Of a stretch of 64,000 bases of DNA, positions 10,092-19,436 are shown piece by piece (the first letter of the stretch is position 1; every line of letters begins with the position of its first letter). Made by a program: the position numbers and the translations under genes. Below the pieces are notes generated by a model, which saw nothing but the letters and a program-made list of their open reading frames with translations, did no database searches and had not been told where the DNA came from. The stretch is taken from the NCBI GenBank assembly GCA_963810935.1, contig CAWEPK010000009.1:160001-224000 (forward strand), written 5' to 3'. The DNA comes from an uncultured delta proteobacterium. Its GTDB lineage: Bacteria; Desulfobacterota; Syntrophorhabdia; Syntrophorhabdales; WCHB1-27.

Positions 10092-10301
10092 CTATTCGAC
10101 CCCTATCATCACGTTGCTGGCCTTGATTACCGCGTATGCCTCCATCCCTTTCTTCAATTTGAGGCCCTGCACGGCCCCGTTGGTTATGATGGACACGACG
10201 GTCTCTCCCCCTGCAAGCTTAATAGTCACTTCGGAGTTGACTGACCCCTTCTTGACCTGTGTTATCTTTCCCTGTAACACGTTTCTTGCGCTTAGTCTCA
10301 T
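10092..10301 (-). CDS. mop: Molybdate/tungstate-binding Mop (TOBE) protein
   Basis: MRLSARNVLQGKI...VVSIIT...L.LKKG.EAYAVIKASNVMI, a classic 69-aa molbindin. Start reassigned to ATG 10301, which has a GGAGG RBS. Confidence 0.9.
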   Translation of the reverse strand: MRLSARNVLQGKITQVKKGSVNSEVTIKLAGGETVVSIITNGAVQGLKLKKGMEAYAVIKASNVMIGVE

Positions 10302-10514
10302 GGAACGCCTCCTTGCCGTGCACGAGTATTGCGGCCGTGTGCGGATAACCGCTAAATAGAAGATAATACGAGGCCCGGTGAGATGCAACATATGGCCGCG
10401 TAAGGAGAATCATGCGCTTTGACAGCAGCGGCCGCCGCCATTCCCGGACAATGGGTGCATCCGGCGAATTCGTCCTTGACAGCCGCAAGGGCTATTCGAT
10501 AGAATTGGCTTGCG

Positions 10515-10850
10515 ATGGCAGCATTCAAAGTTGCATATAAGATATGGCTCGATTGCGACGGCAAGGCCTTCGGGGAAGGACCCGACAGACTGCTGCAGAG
10601 GGTCGAGGCGACGGGGTCGCTTCACAAGGCCGCCGCAGAGATGAAGATGTCCTACAGAAAGGCATGGCTCATGCTCCGCACCATGGAACGCCGCCTCGGC
10701 TTCACCCTGCTTGAGCGCAAGGTCGGCGGCGTCTCCGGAGGAGGGTCGAAGCTCACGGATGAAGCACGCCTCTTCATGAGGCGTTACGAAACGTTCCGGA
10801 AGGAAGTCGAAGAGTCCCTCCGGCAGATTTGCAGCAAGCATTTCGAATAA
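10515..10850 (+). CDS. ModE-type winged-helix regulator (N-terminal domain only)
   Basis: KIWLD...FGEG..RLL..V...GSLHKAAAEMKMSYRKAW...LLERKVGG..GGGSKLT. Confidence 0.88.
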   Translation: MAAFKVAYKIWLDCDGKAFGEGPDRLLQRVEATGSLHKAAAEMKMSYRKAWLMLRTMERRLGFTLLERKVGGVSGGGSKLTDEARLFMRRYETFRKEVEESLRQICSKHFE

Positions 10851-10883
10851 GATACCAGGCGGTCGCACGTCCTTCAGGGAGGA

Positions 10884-12401
10884 ATGATGAATATTGCAAC
10901 GAATCTCGAACAATCGGCGTTCCACTTTCCGCAGAGGCCGGCTATCCGTGAGGCCGGCCGTGAGATAACCTACGCCGAGCTGAACGAGCAGGCCAACCGT
11001 GTAGCGACCGGCCTTATAAAGACAGGGCTGGAACCGGGGCAGTTCGTCGCGCTCTGCGCCCCGAACTCGGCCGACTGGATCGCGTTCTATTTCGGCGTCC
11101 TGAAGGCGGGGGGCGTAGCTGTTACCCTCTCGGCGCAGCTTGTCGGCGACGAGCTTCGAAACCTGGTGAGCCATGCAAGGCCCAAGTTTTTCTACATCGG
11201 GGAAAGCAAGCTGGCAGATGTGGAAAAGATCAAGGGGGAAAGCGGGATAGAGAAGGTCATCTGCGCGGGCGGCGATATGGACCTGGCCGGTCTCATGAAG
11301 CTCGGTACGCCGACGTACCGGGCGGTAAAACGGGACCGCACCGATACGGCCGCGATACTCTATACGGGAGGCACTACGGGCATGCCCAAAGGGGTCATGC
11401 TCAAACATGAAGGCATTCTGTTTTCCGCATACTCGATAGCCTATTACGAGCGATCGACCCAGAACGACCTGGCCTTGTGCTTCCTGCCCTTCAACCACGT
11501 CTTCGGCCAGATGCACATAATGAACTCCACGATTTTCAGCTCCGGCTGCCTGGAGCTGCTGCCGACCTTCGATATGGACCGGGTGCTCGACGTCCTGAAA
11601 GAAGGCCGCATAACCAAGTTCTTTTCCGTTCCCACGATTTATATACGGCTCCTCGGCCTCCCGGACCTCAAAGAGCGGCTCGGGCCGCTGCGCTACTGCT
11701 TCTCCGCCGGCGCGTCGATGGCCCTCGAGATCGTCAAACGATGGAAGGAGCAGACGGGGATCACGATTGCGGAATCCTACGGCATGACCGAGTGCATGCC
11801 CATCACTTTCAACCATTACTACCCTGACAGACACGTCGCAGGGACGGTCGGTCAAAATTGCCACGGCGTCGAGATCGAGATCAGGGACATCGAGGGAAAG
11901 ATACTCAAGCAGGGCGGGCAGGGCGAGATCTGTGTAAGGGCACCGTCGGTGATGAAAGAATACCTGAACAACCCCGACGAGACGGCTGCGGCCTCCTGGC
12001 CCGGCGGCTGGCTGAGGACGGGTGACATCGGCCTCTTCGACCCGAACGGGTATCTCTCGATAGTGGACCGCCTCAAGGACCTCGTAATAACGGGCGGGGA
12101 GAACGTCTACCCCAGGGAAGTGGAAGAGGCGCTTTACGGATGGCCGGACGTGGAGGAATGCACCGTCCTGGGCCTGCCCGACAAGGAATGGGGCGAGCGG
12201 CTCGCGGCCTTTATTGTCCCCAAGCCGGGGGTTGAGTTGCAGACCGACAAGATCAAGGCTTACCTGAAGTCGCGGCTATCCGCCTTCAAGGTGCCCAAAG
12301 AATTCATAGCGGTGAAAGAGATGCCGAAGAGCCCGGCCGGCAAGATATTGAAGCGCGAGCTGAAGCAGTCCTACGCAAAAGGCGCCGACAAGAAAAGCTG
12401 A
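10884..12401 (+). CDS. Long-chain-fatty-acid/acyl-CoA ligase (AMP-binding)
   Basis: YTGGTTGMPKG, SYGMTE, WLRTGD, DRLKD, PKSPAGKILK. Confidence 0.92.
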   Translation: MMNIATNLEQSAFHFPQRPAIREAGREITYAELNEQANRVATGLIKTGLEPGQFVALCAPNSADWIAFYFGVLKAGGVAVTLSAQLVGDELRNLVSHARPKFFYIGESKLADVEKIKGESGIEKVICAGGDMDLAGLMKLGTPTYRAVKRDRTDTAAILYTGGTTGMPKGVMLKHEGILFSAYSIAYYERSTQNDLALCFLPFNHVFGQMHIMNSTIFSSGCLELLPTFDMDRVLDVLKEGRITKFFSVPTIYIRLLGLPDLKERLGPLRYCFSAGASMALEIVKRWKEQTGITIAESYGMTECMPITFNHYYPDRHVAGTVGQNCHGVEIEIRDIEGKILKQGGQGEICVRAPSVMKEYLNNPDETAAASWPGGWLRTGDIGLFDPNGYLSIVDRLKDLVITGGENVYPREVEEALYGWPDVEECTVLGLPDKEWGERLAAFIVPKPGVELQTDKIKAYLKSRLSAFKVPKEFIAVKEMPKSPAGKILKRELKQSYAKGADKKS

Positions 12402-12432
12402 CCGGCGCTATGGGCCATAGGGATTAAACAAG

Positions 12433-12468
12433 AATGACCCTGCTGCAAACGCAGCAGGGTCATTTATT
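12433..12468. terminator. Hairpin terminator between convergent acyl-CoA ligase and greA
   Basis: AATGACCCTGCTGC-AAAC-GCAGCAGGGTCATT perfect inverted repeat followed by TATT. Confidence 0.8.
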
Positions 12469-12496
12469 AAGCGTATGTGCAGCGTCTCAGTAATTC

Positions 12497-12982
12497 CTAA
12501 GCGGTGGCTGGCTGAGGCCACGCGATCTGGATGATCTCGTAGGTCCGTTCGCCTCCAGGCGCGGAAAAGGTTACCTCGTCCCCGACCGCTTTGCCCATGA
12601 GCGCGCGGCCGAGAGGGGAGCTCATCGATATCCTGCCTTTTTCCAGGTCCGACTCGAACGGTCCCACCACCATGTAGACGACCTGTTCGTCCGTATCGAG
12701 GTTCTTGAGCGAAACGCGGCCGCCGAAATCGACCTTGCCGTTAGGGTTCTTCTTTATCTCGGCCACCTCGCACTGTTTGAAGATCTCTTCCAGCTCGCCG
12801 ATCTTCTTCTGCATGAACTGGTATTCTTCCTTCGCAGCGTCGTACTCGGCGTTCTCGGATATGTCGCCGTGCGCCCTGGCCTCTTCTATAGCCGCCAATA
12901 TTTTCGGCCGCTTGGTGTTTCTCAGAAACTCGAGGTCCTTCTTCAGGCTGTCGTAACCTTCCCGTGTTATTGGATATTTCAT
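12497..12982 (-). CDS. greA: Transcription elongation factor GreA
   Basis: EARAHGDISENAEYDAAKE, ISMSSPLGRALMGK; start reassigned to ATG 12982 (MKYPIT), which has a GGAG RBS. Confidence 0.95.
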   Translation of the reverse strand: MKYPITREGYDSLKKDLEFLRNTKRPKILAAIEEARAHGDISENAEYDAAKEEYQFMQKKIGELEEIFKQCEVAEIKKNPNGKVDFGGRVSLKNLDTDEQVVYMVVGPFESDLEKGRISMSSPLGRALMGKAVGDEVTFSAPGGERTYEIIQIAWPQPATA

Positions 12983-13144
12983 TACATCTCCAATGTGATG
13001 GAATAACGGTGGAGTATTACTTTTAATATATTTCATGTAAATTTTCAAGACCTTTCCGATTGTAGGGGAGCCGGAGACCATAGCACGGTTCTTGAAGATA
13101 GACCACTTTTGTGCTATGTTTCTATGCTGATTGAAGGAGGGACC

Positions 13145-13276
13145 ATGCCGTCAAACACCAAGATCACCGAGTTGAAGAGAAAAAGAAAGAAGAGCAACCT
13201 CGGCAAGAAGAGAAAGAAGGCCCAGTCGAAGCAGTCCACGCCCACTTTCCCCATTCATACCGAAGAGAACGCCTGA
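13145..13276 (+). CDS. Small, highly basic protein (43 aa), unknown function
   Basis: GAAGGAGG RBS, then MPSNHKITELKRKRKKSNLGKKRKKAQSKQSTPTFPIHTEENA*; below the ORF-track cutoff. Confidence 0.7.
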   Translation: MPSNTKITELKRKRKKSNLGKKRKKAQSKQSTPTFPIHTEENA

Positions 13277-13356
13277 TCGGTGCGCCGGGCGCTCACTCGC
13301 GTCCTTCAGGCCTCCCCGCGTCAGGCAGAAAATTTTACATGCGCGGATGAGCGGCT

Positions 13357-14505
13357 ATGACGCTTAGCTACGAGATAGGACCGATCAGACCGCCCAGCGA
13401 GGCATACAGCCTGCTCGTCCGTTTCACCCGCAACTGCCCCTGGAACAAGTGCGAGTTCTGCCACCTTTATAAAGGCGAGAGGTTCGAAAGAAGGCCGCTC
13501 GCCGAAATAAAAAAAGACATCGACACTATAAAGGCGATAAGAGACAGGGTCTTCGCTCTTTCCCGGCAGAGGGGAGAAGGCGGGCGCATCTCGCAGCAGC
13601 TCGTCCGGGAAATATTCTCCAACCCACGGTACGACGACTTCTTCCGTACGGTCGCCTTCTGGACGTACTCGGGCGAGAAGAACGTCTTCATACAGGACGC
13701 CAACTCGCTCGTCATGAACAAGGACGACCTGGCCGACGGCCTGGCCTATCTTAAACAGGCATTCCCGACTATCGACCGCGTCACATCCTACTGCCGCTCC
13801 CAGACAATATCGCAGCTTTACAGCGTCGACGATCTCGCGCGCCTTAAGGACTCGGGCCTGACCAGGCTCCATATCGGCATGGAGACGGGCGACGATTTCC
13901 TGCTGCGCTACATGCGCAAGGGAGTCACGCAGGAGCAGCACATCACCGCGGGCAGGCGCGTCAAAGAATCCGGCATAGAGCTGTCCGAGTACGTTATAGC
14001 CGGCCTCGGCGGAAAGAATTGGCAGAGGCAGCATGCCCTCGCTACCGCGGAAGCCCTCTCTATAATCGACCCCGACTTTATCCGCATACGCACGCTCAAG
14101 GTCATGCGGAGCACGCCCCTTTTCCGAAAAGTGGAGAGCGGCGATTTTATCATAGAGCGGGATGAGGAGGTCCTGGGAGGGCTCAGGTTGTTCATCGAGA
14201 ACCTCCACGATACGAATACCGTTATAAAGAGCGACCACATCCTGAACCTCCTGGAGGAGGTGGACGGAAAGCTGCCCGAGGACAAGGAGCGCATACTGTC
14301 CGTCATCGACCGGTACTTCGATCTGAGCGAGGAACAGAGGCTGGTCTACCGTATGGGCAGAAGGGCGGGGCTTTACAGGGGCACGGGCGATCTGGCGGAC
14401 GAGGCGACTTACGCTAAGGTGAAGAAGGCGATAAAACAGATGGAGGGCAAGGCTGCCGGCTCTGTCGAAGAACACCTATCGCTTCTTCTTGAAGAATATA
14501 TCTGA
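13357..14505 (+). CDS. Radical SAM protein, uncharacterised family
   Basis: IGPIRPPSEAYSLL, RNCPWNKCEFC cluster motif, LHIGMETG, SDHILNLL. Confidence 0.85.
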   Translation: MTLSYEIGPIRPPSEAYSLLVRFTRNCPWNKCEFCHLYKGERFERRPLAEIKKDIDTIKAIRDRVFALSRQRGEGGRISQQLVREIFSNPRYDDFFRTVAFWTYSGEKNVFIQDANSLVMNKDDLADGLAYLKQAFPTIDRVTSYCRSQTISQLYSVDDLARLKDSGLTRLHIGMETGDDFLLRYMRKGVTQEQHITAGRRVKESGIELSEYVIAGLGGKNWQRQHALATAEALSIIDPDFIRIRTLKVMRSTPLFRKVESGDFIIERDEEVLGGLRLFIENLHDTNTVIKSDHILNLLEEVDGKLPEDKERILSVIDRYFDLSEEQRLVYRMGRRAGLYRGTGDLADEATYAKVKKAIKQMEGKAAGSVEEHLSLLLEEYI

Positions 14506-14510
14506 CCACC

Positions 14511-15878
14511 CTACGCAGATTTCAGCCACTTCCTCTTCGCATACCACCGATAGAGCAGATACGCCTGCACAAACTGGGATATATTCATCGACCACCAAAC
14601 CGAAACCGCCCCATACCCCAGGACGACGATGAATAAATACGCGAGCGGTATCCTGACAATCCAGATGCCGAAGGCCACCCGCATTAAAACATTCCTCGTG
14701 TCGCCGGCGCCGCTCAATCCCCCGCCCAGGATCGCCCCGCACGCCATGAACGGCTCGCTGATCATCGCGACCTTCAGGTAGCGCACGCTTTCCCTGACGA
14801 CAATGGGGTTCTGCGAGAGAAGGGAAGCGATCCATTGCGCGTTGAGGATGACGATCGCTACGAGGAGCGTCACCACGCAGACACCGACGAAGGCGGTCAC
14901 GAGGCCGCTCCTGTACGCCTCGTCCTGTTTCTTCTCGCCCAGGAAGTTCCCCACGATCACGGCGTTTGCCATATTGAAGGCGAAAGCGGGCAGGTAGATC
15001 GCCGATTCGATGCGCAGGCCGGCGGTCAGGGCGGCCAGTATCTCCACCCGGTTCTCCGGCAGGGCGCTGATGATCAAAAAGAGCGTGATGCTGCCGAGCT
15101 GCCAGAGTACCTGGAGCGCACCCATAGGCCACCCTACGTCGATGATGCGCCTGACCGTGCTTTGCGACCAGGCCATGACGCCGGAGGCCAGCCTGCGGAC
15201 ATATGCCAGGTTGACGATGCAGCCTGCGAGCGCAGCAGAGGCGGTCGCCAGCGCAATCCCCCTGTAGCCGAGGGGCGTAAAAAAGACAAAGGTTATGTTC
15301 AGGACGATATTGACGGCGCAGACTGCGGCCATCGTCCTTAACGAGACCATGATCCTGTCGCACGACCGCAGTATCCCGTTTGCGTTGATAAGTATATACT
15401 CGAAGAGGAGGCCCGCCGAATATATGCGGACGAGAGGTATGCAATAAGGCTTGAGCTGCCTGGGGATGTTGAGGAGCCTTATCAGCTCCGGCGTAAAAAG
15501 GACGCCGACGATGGCGACGAACGCGCCCGATGCGCAGGTGAGCGCCATTGAAGAGACGATAGCGGCGGTCAGCCGGTCCTTATCACCCTCAGTGTATAGG
15601 CGGCTCACGACGGAAACCGCGCCGACTGTCAGGGCGTTGGCGACAACGATGAACATGAAATAGACCTGGATTACGAACCCGTAGGCCGCCTGTACGTCCT
15701 TGCCGACCCTGCCCGCAACGTAGACGTCGGTCAGGCCGATAAGGAACTCGAACGACATGATGAGCGTCATCGGCCAGGCGACGTGCCAGCTCCGCGCGAT
15801 AAGCTCGGCTATGCCCGCTCTGCCGTCGGCGCGGTCTGCCGGTCGAGTCTCCTTACCGCTCCCTTCGAGGTCGTCCAT
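14511..15878 (-). CDS. MATE family efflux transporter
   Basis: Two-repeat 12-TM architecture; VAWP, TDVYVAG, LRIES, VGNFLG, GAGDT motifs. Confidence 0.88.
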   Translation of the reverse strand: MDDLEGSGKETRPADRADGRAGIAELIARSWHVAWPMTLIMSFEFLIGLTDVYVAGRVGKDVQAAYGFVIQVYFMFIVVANALTVGAVSVVSRLYTEGDKDRLTAAIVSSMALTCASGAFVAIVGVLFTPELIRLLNIPRQLKPYCIPLVRIYSAGLLFEYILINANGILRSCDRIMVSLRTMAAVCAVNIVLNITFVFFTPLGYRGIALATASAALAGCIVNLAYVRRLASGVMAWSQSTVRRIIDVGWPMGALQVLWQLGSITLFLIISALPENRVEILAALTAGLRIESAIYLPAFAFNMANAVIVGNFLGEKKQDEAYRSGLVTAFVGVCVVTLLVAIVILNAQWIASLLSQNPIVVRESVRYLKVAMISEPFMACGAILGGGLSGAGDTRNVLMRVAFGIWIVRIPLAYLFIVVLGYGAVSVWWSMNISQFVQAYLLYRWYAKRKWLKSA

Positions 15879-15938
15879 GGCTCCTTAAGGTCTATATTAT
15901 TATATGCGTAAAGGGCAGGCGCGAAAGGGAAAGGTCCC

Positions 15939-16751
15939 TTATTTCTTCCCGCGCCCCCCTGCTGCGGCCCGACCTGCGTAGCGCGGGAGGAAAACGAATT
16001 TCAGCACGAGTCCGATGACCAGCATGGCCACGCTGAGAAGCTGGCCCATGGTAAAAAGACCGAGGATATATCCCACCTGCACGTCCGGCTCCCTGAACAT
16101 CTCGCAGAAAATGCGGAACAGCGGGTAAAATATCAAAAAGACCGCGAAAACGTCCCCTTCGTTTTTCTTCCTTGTCCGGTACAGCCAGAGGATAACGAAA
16201 AGGACGACGCCCTCCAGGAGGGCTTCGTAAAGCTGCGAGGGGTGCCTGCCCACGTTGCCGCCCTCAGGGAAGGCCATGGCCCATGGTACGTCCGTCGGCC
16301 TGCCGTACAGCTCGCCGTTGATGAAGTTCCCTATCCTCCCGAAGAATATGCCTATGGGCGCGGTGGGGATGATAAGGTCCGCCATGGTCAGGAAAGAGAG
16401 CCCCCTTCGCCGCATCGCCCAGTAGCCCATGATGAACGTACCGGCGGCCCCGCCGTGAAAAGACATGCCGCCGTGCCAGAGGACGAAAATCTCCAGGGGA
16501 TGCTCGATATAGAACGGCAGGTTGTAAAAAAGGACGTAGCCCAGGCGCGCGCCGATGAGCAGCCCCAGCACCAGGTAGAAGTAAATGTCGTCGATCTGCG
16601 CCTTCGTGACCCCCTTCGGCGAGCGCCGCGCCTGATAGACCACGAGGAAATAGGACGACGCGAAGCCCAGGACGTACATCATGCCGTACCAGCGGACGGC
16701 AAAGGGGCCTATCCTGAATATCTCCGGCGGTATGTGGGGATAAGGGATCAA
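15939..16751 (-). CDS. lgt: Prolipoprotein diacylglyceryl transferase
   Basis: VRWYG, GARLGYVLFY, GGMSFHGG, GRIGNFINGELYGR, RHPSQLYE. Confidence 0.97.
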   Translation of the reverse strand: MIPYPHIPPEIFRIGPFAVRWYGMMYVLGFASSYFLVVYQARRSPKGVTKAQIDDIYFYLVLGLLIGARLGYVLFYNLPFYIEHPLEIFVLWHGGMSFHGGAAGTFIMGYWAMRRRGLSFLTMADLIIPTAPIGIFFGRIGNFINGELYGRPTDVPWAMAFPEGGNVGRHPSQLYEALLEGVVLFVILWLYRTRKKNEGDVFAVFLIFYPLFRIFCEMFREPDVQVGYILGLFTMGQLLSVAMLVIGLVLKFVFLPRYAGRAAAGGRGKK

Positions 16752-17365
16752 AGCTTATTGACCTCCAGCATCTTCCACAGGTCGGCGGCCTGCCTGAAGA
16801 CGAGGCCGTTGATGCCCATGCCCGACGCGGACGTTACATACTCTTCCGTGTCGTCGATATAGAAGACCTCGTCCCTTCTTACGTCGCACTTCTCGAATAT
16901 GGCGTCGTATATCCGCCGTTTAGGTTTTTTTGCACCTACTTCGAAGGAGAGTATCCATTCGTCCATGACGTGCACGATGGGGTAGCGGTCGATGATATGG
17001 GTGAAATGAAGCTCGTTCGTGTTGCTCAGGAGAAAGAGGGGGAAGCCCTTCGCCTTCAGGTAGACTATGATCTCGTTGACTTCCGTGTCCTCCCGGAAGA
17101 TGTTGTTCCATATATCCTTGAAGTCGTCGAATCCAAGTGAAAGGCGGTAGCGCTCCTTCAAGTTGAGAAAAAACTCCAGGGATGATGAGTTGCCCTCTTC
17201 GTAGCCGTTGATCGACCCGTTTTTAAGGTCGAAAAGGTACGAGAAAATGTCGGAAGGGGTGCACGCGCCCTTTGCCTCCGAGCAGGCGTAGAGCTTATGT
17301 GCTATCTGCCGGTGGTCGAACGGCAGGATCACGTTCCCGAGGTCAAATACAAAGAGCTTTATCAT
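16748..17365 (-). CDS. HAD-family phosphatase (YihX-like)
   Basis: FDLGNVI, LLSNTN, KKP, YIDD motifs. Confidence 0.9.
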   Translation of the reverse strand: MIKLFVFDLGNVILPFDHRQIAHKLYACSEAKGACTPSDIFSYLFDLKNGSINGYEEGNSSSLEFFLNLKERYRLSLGFDDFKDIWNNIFREDTEVNEIIVYLKAKGFPLFLLSNTNELHFTHIIDRYPIVHVMDEWILSFEVGAKKPKRRIYDAIFEKCDVRRDEVFYIDDTEEYVTSASGMGINGLVFRQAADLWKMLEVNKL

Positions 17366-18032
17366 GGATGAAAACCTTATCAGGGTTGAGTGGGCCGTAT
17401 AGATTGAAGGGGTCGCACAGGTGCTGCCACCCGCAGATATGGACGAGGCGGGCAGGTGCGGGCGCGTGGCCCTGCATTATGCCTGCAATCGCCCTGCTCA
17501 TATGCCTGTCCCGCAAGCGCATCTCCCTGGTGTAGGAAAACGCCCTTACGCCTTTTTCAAAGAAAAGCCTGGCGATGGCCGCCTGGAAGGAGACGCCGCC
17601 GGGCATAGGGTGCGCCAGGAGCCCGGCCAGGTTCTTCCTGGAGACGAGCTCTTCCATCCGGGCGAGGCGCGCACAGGAGAAACAGTCGACGTCTATAGGG
17701 AAGACCTGAACGCCGTGCCTCGCGCAATAATCCGAGGCAGACGCGAACTCGAAAGGAGGGTCGATATAAGATAAAACCGCCTCAAGACCGGCCTCGTCGA
17801 CGTTGAAGCCGTCCCGTCTCAGCTCCTCCACCGTGGAGATCACCTGCCCTTTGAGGGCCTCTCCCTTCGACCGCCTGTATTCGAGTCCATAGCGCGAAAC
17901 CTCAACAGTGACAGCGTCGGGCCGCGCAGATTCGAGCCAGCCGGGAAGGAGAGCCCTGCCCTTCCCGTCCCCGTGGATAACGCCTATCATGATAAATTGA
18001 TTCTCACCCGGCCGGGCGTATGGAGCGCTCAT
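17343..18032 (-). CDS. Hypothetical protein, possible TraB/Tiki-like metallohydrolase fold
   Basis: IGVIH...PDAVTVE...RDRHM...VHICGWQHL pattern; overlaps the HAD gene, so likely co-transcribed. Confidence 0.55.
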   Translation of the reverse strand: MSAPYARPGENQFIMIGVIHGDGKGRALLPGWLESARPDAVTVEVSRYGLEYRRSKGEALKGQVISTVEELRRDGFNVDEAGLEAVLSYIDPPFEFASASDYCARHGVQVFPIDVDCFSCARLARMEELVSRKNLAGLLAHPMPGGVSFQAAIARLFFEKGVRAFSYTREMRLRDRHMSRAIAGIMQGHAPAPARLVHICGWQHLCDPFNLYGPLNPDKVFIHDKALCI

Positions 18033-18212
18033 GTTGAGATGCTAGAGTACCATGCCGGAAAAAGGCTGTCAAACAAGGGGCAGGCAGGGACAGAGGCGGA
18101 GGCGCGCGCAATCCGCGCTCACGAATTGCTTTACTTTGGCCGCCTGTTTGTTGTTAGAATGAGAGAGGCGGGCAGCGGCCGAATCCGAAAATGGCCCGCA
18201 CGGATAATATTA

Positions 18213-18659
18213 ATGGACAGCGAGAAGCCTTCACAATTCGATAATCTGCCCGTTGAAGGCTGGTTCTGGGAACTTGTCAGGAGAGACGCACGTTTCAGAA
18301 AGCGGTTCGCGCAGATGGAGGAGGCCGTGCAGGCCCATGCCGCCTCCCGCCTCACCGATGACGACTACGGCCGCGCCCTGAAAAACTACCTGGCCCACCT
18401 GCGCAGATACGGCATAGAGACATTCTCCCTGCCCGGCCCCGAAGACCGGAAAAACCTCGCAGCCCTCGGCTTCTACCTTATTCTTCCCCAGCCCGGAAAA
18501 GAGCAGCTCCTCGCAGTGCCGAGGCCCGACGTGCCGTATACGGGCTTCGGGCACGGCCCTAAGCCGACCCCACGCAAAGTCGACATGCCGGAAAAGGTCT
18601 TCGACCGCGACCGCATCAGGAAACTCCTCGCAAAATACGACCTTCTCGAAAAGAAATAA
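18213..18659 (+). CDS. Hypothetical protein (N-terminal WxWExxRR motif, DUF6499-like)
   Basis: Coding-like ORF; probable start at ATG 18213 (MDSEKP); GWFWELVRRDARF. Confidence 0.55.
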   Translation: MDSEKPSQFDNLPVEGWFWELVRRDARFRKRFAQMEEAVQAHAASRLTDDDYGRALKNYLAHLRRYGIETFSLPGPEDRKNLAALGFYLILPQPGKEQLLAVPRPDVPYTGFGHGPKPTPRKVDMPEKVFDRDRIRKLLAKYDLLEKK

Positions 18660-18975
18660 GCAGCCCGAAAAAACTGCCTGTCTGCCCGGCAAGCCTATCT
18701 GTACCCTTTCGCCCAAGCCCAGCAACGATCGCGCATGCGGGGCCGGTACGAAAGATGCAGCAGCAACGGAATCGGGTCGCCGTAACGGGGGCAAGGGGCA
18801 AAGGGCGGCGGCCCGAAACAACACGGCGCACCAAGGATAAACCGGCCTGCTGCGGCATGATGCGGACACCGGGCGCGGTGTCGGGTAAGCGAACAGGTTG
18901 TAACGCTTTCGGACGTTTTTCGGCTTTACATCGGGAAGGTCCGGGGCGAGGCGAAAGGGGTAAAGCGGGGTAGAC

Positions 18976-19266
18976 ATGAAAGTCACCGGGGTACGCGTCC
19001 ACCTGACGGCCGAAGAACATGTACTGGCTTACATATCGATAGTCCTTGACGAATCCTTCATCATAAGGGACCTCAAGCTGATAGAGGAAAACGGCAAGAT
19101 AATCGTGGCGATGCCGAGCAAGAAGATGAGGGACGGCGGATACAGGGACACCGCCCATCCCCTAAACCACGAGACACGGCGGATAATCGAGGCCCGGGTG
19201 ATCGAAGCCTACAGGGAGGAAGTTGATAAGGGCCGGGAACGTACGAGGGATGCAGCCGGCGGCTAA
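18976..19266 (+). CDS. spoVG: SpoVG family nucleic-acid-binding protein
   Basis: MKVTGVRV, LAY.SIVLDESFIIRDLKLIE, VAMPSKK, YRDTAHPLN.ETR. Confidence 0.92.
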   Translation: MKVTGVRVHLTAEEHVLAYISIVLDESFIIRDLKLIEENGKIIVAMPSKKMRDGGYRDTAHPLNHETRRIIEARVIEAYREEVDKGRERTRDAAGG

Positions 19267-19295
19267 GGTAAGTACGCTGCAAAGTTTTACGATCA

Positions 19296-19378
19296 TAAAG
19301 CAAGCGAATGCGCAGCGCTTAAGCGGGGTGGCTCCACGAGCTTTGCTCGTGGAGGGGGTGCTGAACCCCAATAATTGC
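19296..19378 (+). repeat. Dispersed intergenic palindromic repeat, copy 1
   Basis: TAAAGCAAGCGAATGCG...CTCCACGAGCTTTGCTCGTGGAG-GGGGTGCTGAACCCCAAT.ATTGC; related copies at about 36.3-36.5 kb and 38.5-38.8 kb. Confidence 0.85.
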
Positions 19379-19436
19379 AAAGGTAGGCGGCCTGATTGCG
19401 CCTGCACCAATCTTCCTTTGAAAAGGGGGAATTCCC

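Noticed and set aside
10340..10375. ModE operator upstream of mop
   Set aside because: Only a weak resemblance to the CGnTATATA-N-TATATAnCG palindrome
10410..11864. 484-aa minus-strand ORF (likewise 13321-14475 and 31116-32402)
   Set aside because: Antisense to well-supported genes; no independent evidence
18790..18860. c-di-GMP-I riboswitch (GGCAAA...GAAA)
   Set aside because: Lacks the GNRA-capped P2 and the GCAAAGC/receptor arrangement; kept only as a generic structured-leader candidate
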